DNA of 64,000 bases. Origin: Owenia fusiformis. Lineage: Eukaryota. Each line of letters opens with the position of its first letter. Position 1 is the stretch's first letter. The notes below the pieces were generated by a model that saw only the letters and a list, made by a program, of their open reading frames with translations, was not told the DNA's origin and searched no databases. Both the position numbers and the translations under genes were made by a program. Where the stretch lies: contig CAIIXF020000001.1 of assembly GCA_903813345.2 (NCBI GenBank), positions 13,702,001 through 13,766,000 of the forward strand, written 5' to 3'. This document shows, one piece after another, positions 12,176 to 25,670 of the stretch.

Positions 12176-13890
12176 GTGAATAATACATCACTTAAGTAGC
12201 AAAAATGACACATTTTAAGCAATTCTGAATATTAAAATGATCTTTTTTATCACTTTTTGTTATGTTAAGTCATCAGGAAGTATGAAGTAATCATTTTATT
12301 CATTTATCATTGTACAAATAAAAGTACATTTGTTATGTAGGGATTAGGTATCATTGACAAAAACAGACTTATCATAAGTGTGTCTTAAAATGACATTGGA
12401 CTTTGATTTTACCTTCTAAAGTCTAAAATACCTTTTGTGTCACTGACACTTTCATTGAATCATGTCATTGAAGTATGATTTTCAGCAACGGAAATATACC
12501 TTTATTTGGCTGTATCTCCATTCCATCACTGAGATGACCCTTTCAAAAAACATCTAAACATTAAAATCTGTTAAATTATTTAAATCTTTATTAATATTCG
12601 ATAGGTTCCAATCACTCTAAAATCATTCTTAAACATTGTTTTTCTTGTTTCTCGGTATCTTTTACATTGTAATCTTTTAGTTCATGTCTGGTATCAAAAG
12701 TTAACAGACAGGTAAACAACTTTTACAGGCGATCATGTATCTAACCCTGGCTCACATCATGCATTGATACATGCACCAACCCTGAGTGATAAAGTCCAAC
12801 TCCACGCAGCAACCTTGCCTTTGCCATGTGCTAGATGTACCTAAATAACCCAATCAAAATATAAGATTTCTCCTTCAGACTCCCATATACATAAACAAGA
12901 ATGACTCGTGCTAAAGTCTGAGGCAGTGAAATTGGAAGTGTCTCAATTCTAAAAAAAGATGAGTAATCAAAAGACCAAAGGGCAATATTATGTAGAAAAT
13001 ACATTTATAGTTTAGATACAAAATAATTGAATATCTTAAATATGTATTGATATTTATGTATATCATAAATATCAATACCGGTGTCTTCAAATACTTATTT
13101 TTAGGTTTGCTTGACCATGGGCTTCCACTTTTAAATGAGTTTAAACATATTTTGGGCTTTAATCATAAATTGATTTTTCTTCCAAGATACTAAAAATGGA
13201 CTAAAAAAATATATGATACTCTTTGAAACATGTTAAAAAGGCTTTAGACATGGCAGCTCATTTTGAAGTTCTCATGTTTATATAACAGTTAGTAGAGTAC
13301 CCTCCTCTTGAAGTCCCATGGATTGACTCTAACATTGACTCTGACTTTCAAAATGATGTTATGTCATAAGAGTTTATTTTCACATGTTTACATAGGATAT
13401 TGTCCTGAGGTGGCCCCATAATGACCAGTATACCTACTGGCCACCTAGACACAATGACCTAGGTCATACCTCTTGCTGATCATTGACTACTTGTCCAAGA
13501 GCATGTGTTGTATCGATCAAAGAAATAGAATCACACTATTGACACATGATACACTTATCATTATTGATTGTCCAGTTATCAAACAATTTATAGTTAATAG
13601 TTATTTATCAATGATAGGTTTCAAATTGTATAAATCGTTACATACTTTTCACTTTCATAGTTCTTATGAGTCAGTTCCTTTTCTGTTTGTGCTGTCAAAC
13701 ACTGACTCAATGTCTCTACATTGTCATTCTCTATGCTTTTGACTGTCTCGTACTGGAAGCATATAGTGATCAGTGTTTAAAGCAAAAGCTTAGATTGTTA
13801 TGCATAATCGGAAAGATGCACATATCACCAACCAATTGTGTTGTTGGTCTACGTCTTCTTTGAGTATTTCCTGAAATTTTCTCGACTGTT

Positions 13891-15681
13891 TCATCCATAC
13901 ATTAGAACTGGTTGTTTTCGTTGACGTTCTTTATTGTTTCCCATTAGCCACTTGTATGGCGTATATTTTTCTACGAACTGTATGCAGCTATCTGAAAATA
14001 ATAGTATACATTATTTGAAATAACACTTCATACAACAAAAATCGTAATAGAAATGAAATATTTTAATTATAAAAAAGTTTTTATTCAAAGAATTTCCATC
14101 ATAGGGGTTGAAATTATTTAAAAACTAAAAGTATATATTTAAAATGATGACAAAAATCTAAATGAGGAATTAAAATAATTCTGAAAATGAAAGAAGTGGT
14201 ATCGATATGGAGAACTTTTTGAACACACATTTCACCAGTCATAAAAAAATCTAAAAATTTAACACATCGTCAATTTAATGGTCATCTTTTGAATGGTAAC
14301 AATATTATTTGAAAAATATATGTATACTTTCTTCTATATTGTTTTAGAAAATACATCAAACACTTGTTTTGTTCTTGGTATCATGTTTCCAGAGTGTAAT
14401 GAAACATCTCTCCTAACCTCATTGGAACAAAACGACATAAGCACAATGTGTTTAGGTCTCTCAATATTGTAATTGTACAAAGGAAATTTTGGTTGATTTT
14501 AAAAAACTATCTTGTTAATGAAATAAAAGTTTTATCTTGATTTTTATCTATTTTGGGGGAATTTTGTTTTAATTGTTTGAATACTTTTTTAAAATCAACC
14601 AAAAATTCCTTTGTGTAACTATAATATTGAGAGGTCTAAAACATGTTGTATATGCTATTTTGTTCCAACAAGGTTCAGAAAGACATTTTATTTCATTCTC
14701 AATAATTGGTAGAAAGAAGCAAAAACAATTGCACTAGAAAAACAAAAAATTAAAAAAAAACCAGTTATATAAAATATTTCTAAATAATTTTCGCATTAAA
14801 TTGTTGTCAATCAGTCAACATTACATAAAATACTGTGTTTTTTACAGAATGTTTTCAATGATTGGTTTAAGACAAAAACATTGTTGAATTTAGCTCTCCA
14901 TATCGATACCAATTCTTTAGATAATTTCTACTTCCAAATTGTTTTCACCCAGGTAGAATAGTTTTTGCCAAATGAAATGTCCAAATCAACATTTTGAAAA
15001 ATTAATGAATAGCTAAAATTCGAAATTGAAAAAGAAGAGTCTTGAAAAATATTAATTGGAAATGGAGATCCTAATTCAGAAAAGAGAACTCATGTTCTTA
15101 AAGTTATGTAATTTCAATAATTGCTTACACCTTACCTAGAATGAAAAAATCTTCATTCTAGTCTACACCCATTTAAAACTCTTCAGAAATCAAATTTTAT
15201 TATTTTCTACCAAATTTTTATTTTGGCAGTTTTGGAAAAATCAGTTTTCTTTAGGATATTTAATATACTGTACCCACTCATATTTGGAGTCTTTTATAAA
15301 ATGAACTGTTATATATCCTCATTATATATAAAAAATTATATCATCAACAAAATCATATAATTATAAAAATTATATGGATGTTGTTTTCCCATAAAATAAA
15401 ATTTGTTTTGTTTGAATTCAAAATAAATGACAATAATTTTTGAATAAAAATGTTCCATTTGAAGCAAACAATTAGTAATGTAAATACTAAATACCTTGAA
15501 TTTTGTTGGATATCTTCAGAATTTGGTAAACCCAGCCTGCAACGAAGAACATGATGCTGGCATAGATAAAGCACAACATCAGTACCACGAGGCCCCTGAT
15601 TAACGGCATCATATTGTTGATAGTACCTTTGTTCCAGAAGATGCTGATCCTGAGGTAAAATTGTTTTATAAACCACGTCAT
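13891..15681 (-). CDS. Putative two-exon small single-pass membrane protein, 95 aa; complement(join 13891..13991, 15495..15681)
   Basis: ATG in gaaaATGA context; donor CAAG|gtattt and acceptor tattttcag|AT are phase-compatible. Product: MTWFIKQFYLRISIFWNKGTINNMMPLIRGLVVLMLCFIYASIMFFVAGWVYQILKISNKIQDSCIQFVEKYTPYKWLMGNNKERQRKQPVLMYG. No homology or expression evidence is available to me. Confidence 0.55.
14192..14916 (+). mobile_element. Palindromic MITE (~725 bp), AG..CT termini, possibly Kolobok-like; copy 1
   Basis: TIR AGAAGTGGTATCGATATGGAGA / TCTCCATATCGATACCAATTCT with a long internal foldback. Flanks TGAA/TTAG may be a degenerate TTAA. Homologous copies at 16678 and 31025. Confidence 0.8.
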
Positions 15682-15996
15682 TTTCAGTTAGGCTGCACTG
15701 ACTTTAACGTTTAATAAATCGTTGTGTTATGTAAACCTAGACTGATAAACACTGATGTCGGGTATTATGTCCTGGTAGTGTTTGACTGTCAAACATCGTT
15801 CAGCTACCTTTTTGACCTGATCTTTTATTAATGTGGTTTTCTAATTTTAAAGTGTTTTGACAGTTAAATGTTTACTACTTGAGTATTGTATGTCACTGTG
15901 TCCACTAAACAAAAACTTGTTTACATCTCAAAATAAATTTGAAAAATTATTTTCTCCCTGCTCCTCCCCCTTGCACATGCTAAGATAAATAAAGTA

Positions 15997-16366
15997 CCAT
16001 ATTCTCTCTAAAGAATGCACATCGCCCAAAGAGCACACATGCAACTTTTGTGATGAATACAGTCTCAGGAAAATTGAAAATTGACTCACCAGCAAATGAG
16101 ATTTTTCCAGCAAGGCTTTGAGGTTTTGATATATTCTTGATTACATTTGATGCAATGAAAGTAATATGGTAGCAATAGAGTATTTATTATAATTTAGTGA
16201 TAATGACTAAAAAGAAGTTGAAACATGTTATGTAATTAATTTCACCTATTGTAAGCAAAATTTTCTTTAAAATTTTTGTATTTGCAAACTTGAAAATATC
16301 TCAATATTTCACTATTTTCAATCTTCATTTTGGGAGGGCACTGTGTGCTTTTAAGAGAGAATACGG
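15997..16366. mobile_element. Tc1/mariner-pogo-type MITE
   Basis: TA|CCATATTCTCTCT...AGAGAGAATACGG|TA; TA target duplication. Confidence 0.7.
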
Positions 16367-16677
16367 TAAATGTATATAGAGCATGAAATAAGGCCTGGAA
16401 TGGTAATGGCTCAGAAATATTGCAGAAATATATCTTATTTTCAGCAATGTGTTCATCTAAAGAAATGCCAACATTGCAGATAAGAAAAAAGAGTTCTCAG
16501 TGCAAGTTGCTGTAATTCAGGGATGTGTTCTCACATAAAGGTAGCCTCAGTTCTAATTTAGGCAGAGATTCCACAAAATAACCTCCTATTGAATTATTTC
16601 ATTTTGTGAATAATCAGTGTTAAACAAATCATCATTCAAAATATGAAAATCACACTTTATTCATGATTTTGATAGAA

Positions 16678-17182
16678 AGGAGTGGTATCGATATGGAGAA
16701 CTTTTTGAACACACGTTTCTCTAAAACCTGGGTCATGAAAAAAATCTAAAAATTTAACACATCGTCAATTTAATGGTCGTCTTTTAAATGGTAACAATAT
16801 AATTTGAAAAAGGTATATATATACTTCCATCTATATTGTTTTAGAAAACACATGAAACTCTTGTTTTGTTCTTGGTATCATGTTTCCAGAGTGAAATGAA
16901 ACATCTTTCCGAACCTCATTGGAACAAAACGAAATAAACACAACATGTTTAGGTCTCTTGATATTATAATTGTACAAAGGAAATTTTGGTTGATTTTAAA
17001 AAAGTATCTTGTTAATGAAATAAAAGGTTTATCTTGATTTTTATCTATTTTGGGGGGATTTTGTTTTAATTTTTTGAATACTTTTTCAAAATCAACCAAA
17101 AATTCCTTTGTATAACAATAATATTGAGAGGTCTAAAAACATGTTGTATATGCTATTTTGTTCCAACAAGGTTCGGAAAGAT
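16678..17182 (+). mobile_element. 3'-truncated copy 2 of the 725-bp palindromic MITE
   Basis: Colinear high similarity with 14192-14682; the right TIR is missing. Confidence 0.8.
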
Positions 17183-17267
17183 ACAGCATATATCATATCT
17201 TACATGCCCTATCAGCAAGTTACACATTTCACCTTCTCAAAAAGTTTAAATGTGATTTTTGCAATTT

Positions 17268-18350
17268 TACTGAACAAGAAAACTTCAAGTATGCTTTAAA
17301 ATATCTTATGACAATATATAGATGGCATGATTGATGTTTCTTTAATGCAACATATTACAATAAAACATTTACTGAACAAGAAGGATTGGCTCCCAGGATC
17401 GAACCTCAATATTTTCCAACAATGAAAATGTAGAAATGTTGTTATTTTCCGAAATTATAACTTACTATAAATTCAAAATAAACAGTCCAAAAGATTTGAA
17501 CCAATGTCTCAATCACTTCTTGTGAGTTTTGGAATTTTTCGTTTGGAAATAAGACCACAAATCATGATTCCATTGTTTAAGTGAACAAAATGGCGGCTAT
17601 TTGAATTTGAATTTTGTATCACGACATGCCCATTTATGGGATAACATATCAATGTTGAACTCTGGGAGCCAATCCTACTTGCTGAACAAAAAAATTCAGG
17701 TATGTTTCAAAATATCTCATGAAATTATATAGATGGCATGATTGATGTTTCTTTTCTGCAACAATGCAATGTGTGAACATATATTTACATGATTATAAAT
17801 GCTCTTATAAAAAGTTGGTGTGTTAAAAAAATGTTTGCGTAATATCAAAGCACAATCATTTAGTTAAAAATATTAAAGTAATTACAGACTGGATTCAAAC
17901 TACTGTGGTCCCTGTCCTGGGTAAGTATTCTACCGCCACCAACTCAATTATTAATTGCACAAGTAATTTATTGCGAATTATTGTGAACATTTTAATTGAG
18001 TAGTGATGTCATATTTTATATTTAGAAACTTACCAAAAATCAAATTGTTGCTGACAATCCAAGCAATCCAAGGAACAATTCTCATAATGACACATTTATC
18101 GCGAGTATTTGCACATAAGATTTGCCCCGTTCTTTCACCAGAGTATATTATTTCATTAAAGCTCAAAATCTTACAGTTGACCCCTGTGCAACCCCAAATC
18201 TGCACTCCAGAGTGATGTCCAAGTTTAATAAAATGTTTACAGAACAAAAAAAGATCAAATATATTTCAAAATATCTTATGACAATATATAGATGGCATGA
18301 TTGATGTTGCTTTACTGCAACATATTACAATAAAACATATGCTGAACAAC
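17268..18350. repeat. ~100-bp direct repeat, three copies separated by later insertions
   Basis: AAAATATCTTATGACAATATATAGATGGCATGATTGATGTT at ~17298, ~17708 and ~18268. Confidence 0.8.
17377..17681. mobile_element. MITE with 20-bp TIR (CAAGWAGGATTGGCTCCCAG), 5-bp TSD
   Basis: 19/20 inverted match with CTGAA/CTGAA flanks; removal restores a unit of the surrounding ~100-bp repeat. Confidence 0.75.
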
Positions 18351-21300
18351 TCTGAGAATACTCATCTCAATAGGTTTTATCTTTTGTCCCGTATTATTGA
18401 TATCTCTTAATGGGAACATTTTGGCAAATTCCATTTTATACATGTTTCACAATAATTCTTTTCCTTTCAGAGATGAAATGAATGAAAATAACAGATCAGA
18501 GGTGTTGAAGTTAGGTAAGTGTTTGTTGATAAATACTTTAATCACTTCCCTAATGTATCATATTTAATGAATCTATAAGGAGCTGGGTCAGGTATCAATG
18601 TTCCATTGCAAATCTAATAGAGGATATCCTATGATTTATGAGTGATATGATTTTTATCCACGAATGGATATCTGTCAAAAATATCATATATTACTGTCAG
18701 TTAGAAAAGTATCAATTTATTTATCCTATGAATATCACGGTAACTTTGGAATAAAAATAATCATCATGTTTGGGGAGGAGTAAAAGTTTCAGTATTGAAA
18801 AAGCCATTGAATTGGCAATTTTGTCAAAATTTTTCTCTCAATGTTTTTTCATCACTCCTTCATAATCTTCAAAGTGCGAGTAGAATCTTTACATCTATCA
18901 TTAAATAATAAAATTTTCGTAAAATTACATTTAGAATTTATCAAAATTGTTCATTGATTAGGTATATACTTAATATATATTAAAATATATTTTGCAAACT
19001 AGTGGTGGGGTATTCAACTTTTGTTTACACTAGGATAGTGGTGTCTGAATCTGAAACAATGTTTAATATTTAGGCTCAAGCAGTGTTAACCAATTCATAC
19101 ACCAAGTTCCTTGGTTTATATTTGTCACATAGTACTGTATTGATGAATGATATGAATTACCCTTGATCAGATTATATCAGGATGTTGCTTGATAAGAAGA
19201 TGAAAATGAATTGTTCAGACCAAGATATAATGTTATGTTATTCCAGAGAGGAATCTCTTTTAACCCTTATAAGTACATGGGGAATGCTGCAGCAATTTCA
19301 CAGAGAGCATGTCTGGACCGAAAACTTGATATCTTTAAATCTCAGTTGTTCATGCTATTAAAGTACAACAATCTTTTATCCATTGAACACACACAACAAA
19401 AATCATGAAATTACCTTGATTATTGAAGTTATTCGAAAATTAGTGGGTTGCATTTTTTGTCACCCTGTATGAAGTTGCCATAAAATGATTGTCTGCGTTA
19501 TGGAGAAAGTGAAGAATCATATCAGATCATAAAAAAAATTATACGAGTGAGAGCATAGTGAACTAATCTGCATTCTGGGAAGACACAATCAATTACTGAA
19601 TATTGGCATTGCATCACCACTTATGGGTACTTTGGGGATATTCTATATTGTTGAATTATGGAGCAATCATTCTCAGAAATAGAAATCTTTAATTTCATGT
19701 CATCTTTGCTGTTTAGATAAATTTGGAAATTGCCTTTCGCATTTAAAGGGATAGATGGTATGTAAATGAAATTGAATTTAAACCTTTTTAGCATTAAATT
19801 AATCATATGTAAATCATGACTTAGTAGGACCTGGTTTTTATCAACGGAATCTATTTTCAAGTATATTTAATCCACATGTATTGATCATATCTGGGATAAA
19901 TCAAATAAAAAATGGTGGATTATATTTTATTGAGATAAATGACCAAAGTGAGCTCCAGCTCTCCATAAGTGTCCAATAATTATAAACCAATATCCCGGCA
20001 AATGTAATATACTGTTTAAAGTGCTCAGATTATATATTTGTGCAATTTCTGTAATTCTAACCCCAAGGCTGGATTTAAATTACCCTAAATGTGGATGTAG
20101 ATGTTAAGACATAGTTGAAATTGTACAAGAGATTCTCTGAATCAGTAATGGAAATCTGTCTTTTCATTTGATATAGCTAAGACGTAGGTTACCACATATT
20201 TGAAGAGCTCTTGTGTTAATGGGGAATGACAGTAATATAATATTGTATCTCTATGTTCTAAGATTGTATTGCAATTGAAAATAACAGTTAAGGCCAGAAG
20301 GTCTCCTTGACATTGGTGCTATACTTGTCTGTGTCTGATGTCATGACAACCTAACTATGACAAATAGCTCAAAAATATATCTGCCATGCACAGTATTATG
20401 AAGAAGATTTATGAAAAGAAAAAGAAAACCAAGGTATTAATCTATTTAAAGGGGTAGTTGATAATCTTGAGATTACTATAACACCTAGATGATTATGAAA
20501 TCCTTCAGGAATGTAGAAATTGCCTTTAAAGTTCTCAAGAACTACGGAAATGTATCATCATAAAATTTTCAGATGTTATGTTATGCAGATCCTCAAGCTG
20601 GATATTCTTGTTTTGAGAATACAATTCATGTTTACTCATGGACATATTCTTTTTCCATTATGGGGGCACATTGGCTCATTTATTAGACATAAAAAACAAT
20701 ATGTTAGACTCCCATATAAACAGATTCTAAAGGTTTAAGGATCGGCATCACATTTACTCTTAACTTTAGCTGACATTTACTGTACTGACATAATGTTATG
20801 AGACACCCTGTACTGTGTTATGATTTGATATTGGGATAAATGTTGGGATATTATCTCCTACTTCAACAACAGATAAGTGTCCAGGGTCTTGAAGCAAGAC
20901 TATGATCCTGTTGGAAAGATGTCAAGTATTGTCTTTAAAAACTTAGGAGGCTTCTTTCATTTATCATAGAGATCAATTTTATGGCTTCTAAAATCTTGGA
21001 TTTCATGATTCATAATGGATTTCTTGGAAATCAAACAGCACAAGTTTAAGCCCAAGTCACAGTGATTTGTGAGTGATTAAAACATGAGGATTTTATTTGC
21101 AGCCCTTAAACTTAGACGGTGAAGTAAAAGTGTATAAAAACATTTTGCAATGTCCAGCAGTTTGATCATGATGATATAAGGGATTATCAAAATCTCCCTT
21201 CGGATTAAGAAATTTCCCTCGGAATAGACCCTATATCACAATCTCCAAGTATGTAACCCTTATGTATAGAGATTACCCAATAGGAGGGTCAGGATATGGG

Positions 21301-21543
21301 ATTATATTTGAGATTTTTTCTGTAATAGATTGTATATATATATATTGTGTATTTGACCACAACTATCAGTAAATGTCCATTCTTTCTTGCCCTATCTCTA
21401 ATATTATTCCAATGGGATTCATTTCCATTATTAACTCACATGGTGATTTTTACTTTCTTGAGAGTTAAGTTCACAGTGAATCTACATTTCATATTCCCAT
21501 GTGCAATACTTGTCATTATAATTGCTGTTTAGTATTATTGTTA

Positions 21544-23330
21544 TTTTTAGCTCACTTGGTTGAGCTATTGTTATCACCCACTTGTCTGTCCGTCCGTCCG
21601 TCTGTCAACACATTGGTAGCTAATTTAAAATCCTCCACAACAATTGGAACGATTTCACTTTTAAAACGTGTCTATATAAGCACTCTTCCACAATTAGTTA
21701 CTTTGGTGGAACGTCAATGTAACAAAATGGATGAAGATGAACCTACAGTAAAACCTGTTCGATGGAATACCTCTCTGTAGGGAAAACCTATGAACAAGGA
21801 ATGCTTTTCAAAAGAACCAAATATTTTTCCATTGACTTACATGTTAACGGACCCTCTCTGTAGGGAAAACCTGTGAACAAGGAACAAGGAACACTGTTTT
21901 AGGGCAATATGGAATATTGGTGACACTGTACACTCCATTATTTTTCAGAGGTGTGAAAGTCTTAAGCCAATATCTGATTCTAAAAAGCTTGGATTAATAT
22001 GATTGAGATTAAGATAAGCCAATTGTTTACAAGATGCAGCATCCCAACCTCTGTTAATTACCCTGATATATTTTAAAACTAATACTAATCTGTTTGTTAC
22101 TAATTATCATGACACTAGTTCCTTTCAACAAACTTATTACATCCCAGTAGTGATAATCTAGGGATTGACACAATTGTTTTATGGAGATAACAGATAAGTA
22201 CATGTGTTATGTTGAGCCAAATCTATCAATAATTACAACAACTAGACATCATCATACGCCAGCAGCAGCGGCTAAAATCAACATCGGGAGAATGCTCCTT
22301 ACCCTCAGCTAAAGGAGGGAGGTGGGAGACATTCATACATCTTCCAAGATGTCACAACAAGGTCTAGGAACCAAGTATGGAGTTGGCATTGGTAAAATCA
22401 ATTAATGCCCAAATATATACAAAAAAAATGCTTATTCGGCAATTCTGAGTTTACTGAAAGTGCGGCCCCTCTCTATAGGGAAAACCTCTGAACAAGAAAA
22501 CTTTCCTCCAGTCCGAAGAGCATTCCCTGTTCGCAGGTTTTACTGTACTTATAAGTCAAGTTGCAGATTGTAATTTGGCACAAAGCTAGAAAATATAGTC
22601 TAGTTTTAATAAGTTTCTTCGATTTGGAATTTGTTTTGTAAATGAAGTTTCAATTCATATGTTTAGCCCCTCGCTTTTGTTACATTGAAGAAAATCTGTT
22701 ATATTACCAATGTATGCTACTTTGACGACTTATGCCAATGTAACAAAAGCGATGGTCTAAATGCATGAATTACAGCTTTATTTAAAAATCAAATTCCAAA
22801 CCAAGAGCATTTCTAAAAGCTAGACTTGTCTAACTTTGTGCCGAATGATAATCCGCAACATGACTTGTACATACGTTTAAATCGAGAAAACAAAAAACTT
22901 GTATCCAGGAAGTTCATCTATTTTGTTACATTGACGTTCCGTCAGAGTAACTGGTTGTGGAACAGTGATAAAGTCGTCAATTGTTCCATAAGTGGTGTCT
23001 CAAAAGCTCACCTTGTTTCAGCTCTTTTTGGTTATAACTCCACAAGTTTTTCATCAATTTGCTTCAAATTGTACAGGTACCTTAATTTATGTGTTATCAA
23101 TAATGCCTACAAGTTCCGACAAAACAAGTCGCAAAAACATTCAAAATGGTAACCACTTTTATTGCAGAAAAATCAGGTTTTCAGCTCAATTTTGTTCCCT
23201 CAGTTTGCTTGAAATTATACAGGTACCTTTATTTCTAGATTATCAACAATGTTTACAAGTTTCTTTCAAAATGGCCGCCATTTCTTTTTAAGAGCAACAC
23301 CATGTGAGACCAGTATCCATGGTACTATTT
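21544..23330 (+). mobile_element. Helentron-like non-autonomous element (HINE/DINE-1-type architecture) with nested insertions
   Basis: T-run, then 5' hairpin AGCTCA-N6-TGAGCT and (GTCC)n microsatellite; 3' GTGAG subterminal repeat followed by hairpin AGTATCCATGGTACT. Confidence 0.6.
21746..22545. mobile_element. Tc1/mariner (pogo/Tigger-type) non-autonomous element, 800 bp
   Basis: TA|CAGTAAAACCTG...CAGGTTTTACTG|TA; subterminal repeats cctctctgtagggaaaacc. Confidence 0.8.
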
Positions 23331-23899
23331 CATTTTGAATACCTAGTGTAAATGCAGGAGTAGAAATCCATGTAGAAATATACTGAAAGTAGCGTTTCTT
23401 GAATCGACAATTGATAATAGACATGAAGAATCAACCAAAATATTTACTTGTTTTTTAGAAAATTCCATCAATCAATTTCATATTCATGATATCTTACTTA
23501 TTTTTGTCTATAAACTGCAAACATGTGATTGATAGATCATTATATATTGACCTGATTATCAAAAAGCAATAAGGCTTCAACAGTAGAATCTTTCTGACAT
23601 TGACACATTGTTGATGTAAAGTAGGTAATTATAGAGGGATAAAACCCTAATTCCTCATTCTTTATTTTGCTATTTTGATATTAACTAAAATTGGCTATTA
23701 ATCATGAGAATGGTATTTAGAACACAAATTAAAGGTGATGATATCTTCATGTTTTTAAGGTATTACTACAAAGTTAGTTGGTGATTCTCAAATACTTATG
23801 AAATAAATGAAACAAAATTTTATTTTTTTTATTTTTTATTCATAAATGTCATTTGAAATTAATTACATTTACGCATACATGCAATATTGCTTTGCAGTA

Positions 23900-24136
23900 C
23901 AGTAAAACCTGTCAAGTGGAACACTTATCTAAGTGGAACAACTTTATAAGTGGAACATCTATGTAAGTGGAACAATGTTGTAAGTGGAACACCTATGTAA
24001 GTGGAACACCCCAATAATTGGAACACTTTTCAAGGTCCTATTGACCTAATGTAAAATGAACCTCTGTAAGTGAAGATCTTCCAAATGGAACATAATTTTA
24101 GGAACCAAAGTGGTTCCACTTACACAGGTTTTACTG
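23900..24136. mobile_element. Tc1/mariner-type MITE with internal 17-bp tandem (AAGTGGAACACCTATGT)
   Basis: TA|CAGTAAAACCTGT...ACAGGTTTTACTG|TA. More degenerate relatives lie at ~2751-2926, ~37960-38080, ~42782-42871, ~47587-47717, ~50009-50195 and partially at ~61875. Confidence 0.8.
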
Positions 24137-25339
24137 TACTATAACAATCACACATCAGAATTTTCTTTGCATCATTTTTTGCATATAACCACACTAGTAC
24201 TAAGTCTAGTTTAGTGTTCTTTAGTTTTTGCTGTTCTGAGAGTCCTATGCAATCCTTAATTTAGAATCTCATGAGATGAGTGTTCAACTGCTGAATTTTA
24301 TGTATTCTTTGTCTACTAGAGACACGTATATTCACATTATTAAGTAATTTGTATTTTGGTGTTATATTAATAGTAGATACAGACTGCATTGTAAGTTTAA
24401 CTCATTTATTTGGCCGTCCTCACTTGATTACAATAACAGAGAAATCACCTCTCACTTTATATTATATTACAGATGAAAAATATGAATTTTATTGAGCGAA
24501 ATGTCGCAATAATGTTTTGAAGCTACGGAATTGAGTGTTTAAGCTAGAAAAAATGAAGATTAATGGGTGGAATAGAATAGTAATATGTGGTTGCATGTCT
24601 AATCATTATCAGTAAGTACAAGGAGTTTCAGAGAAACTTAACTACCATACAGTGATTGAAAATCAATGTGAATTTACCGAGGGCTTGATAGTGTCACCAC
24701 TGCACAAATTAGACGGTTAATCTTCTTAACACTAAGACAGTCAATGTAACAAATTACGTGACGGAAGAAAATTATTGTCCAGATTTGTTGTGAAGGAATT
24801 CCGCCATTTATTCTTGCAGGGCTCTAATAATGATTGTTAATGATGACAGCGATATTACATGTTGAATATTTATGAAAGTAAAAATTGTAATTTCGCCATG
24901 GCTTGTTAGTTTATGTCACGGCGATATCTTCCATCATACAAAACCGTACTCTCTTGTCAAATGATTAACATTCTTAACAGACCTTTCAATCGTATGTCAA
25001 GATTTATTTTTTTCATTAAAAATAGGTGAGCGTAATTGGCAAGTACTTTTTCATCAAACCCGTATATGTGCTCAATGATTTTTGGGTGATTTTAAGCATG
25101 AGGTTTTATGAAGGTTAAGCCTAGGCTGGCAGGCCATGGTTAAAGACTAGCATACACAACATGGCTAACTTAACAAAAAAATTTGATGAATATCATTTTA
25201 AACGATTTGACTATGAACTGTTTTCCTAAAAACAGTTTCAATAATGTATCATGCTAAGTAATCTGATGAAGCATGGCCATACTGTACCCTGCGTCTAGTT
25301 AAACTACACTCTGCCTAGTAGAAACCATATTACAGTTTA

Positions 25340-25670
25340 GTAGCCCCGCCCCCACGACGGGTGCCGTTGACAGTTCGGGTAATAAATCACTTCTGACCTA
25401 CGTGCTGACCTTTCTTCCACCAATCAGCAAGCCTGAAGAACCATGCGCCAAAATAAATTCTGAATTGTCATTGATCAATTCCGGGGCTTAACGATGACGT
25501 CAGAAGGAATGACCATATATAGAACATCAGTCAAATTTGGCCGACGAGCACTGATTGGCGCGGTGAGTTCAGAGGTTTATTTTAGTTTGAAATAGTGAAG
25601 ACGGAGCTCTCTTTTTAAGAAGTGAAGTCGAACGAATGCAAAGGGTAGCCATACTGTGTTCTGATTGGTC
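25340..25670. promoter_or_regulatory. Candidate promoter/enhancer
   Basis: Locally CpG-richer patch with a GC box (25344-25353), TACGTG (25399), CCAATCAG (25420), a perfect CRE TGACGTCA (25495-25502), two CTGATTGG (25551, 25661) and a donor-like CG|GTGAGT (25562/25563). Confidence 0.45.

Noticed and set aside
17885-17945. tRNA-like A/B-box motifs on - (GTTTGAATCC); similar A-box-like TGGTCAAGTGGTAGA at ~58856
   Set aside because: No cloverleaf can be built; at best decayed SINE heads.
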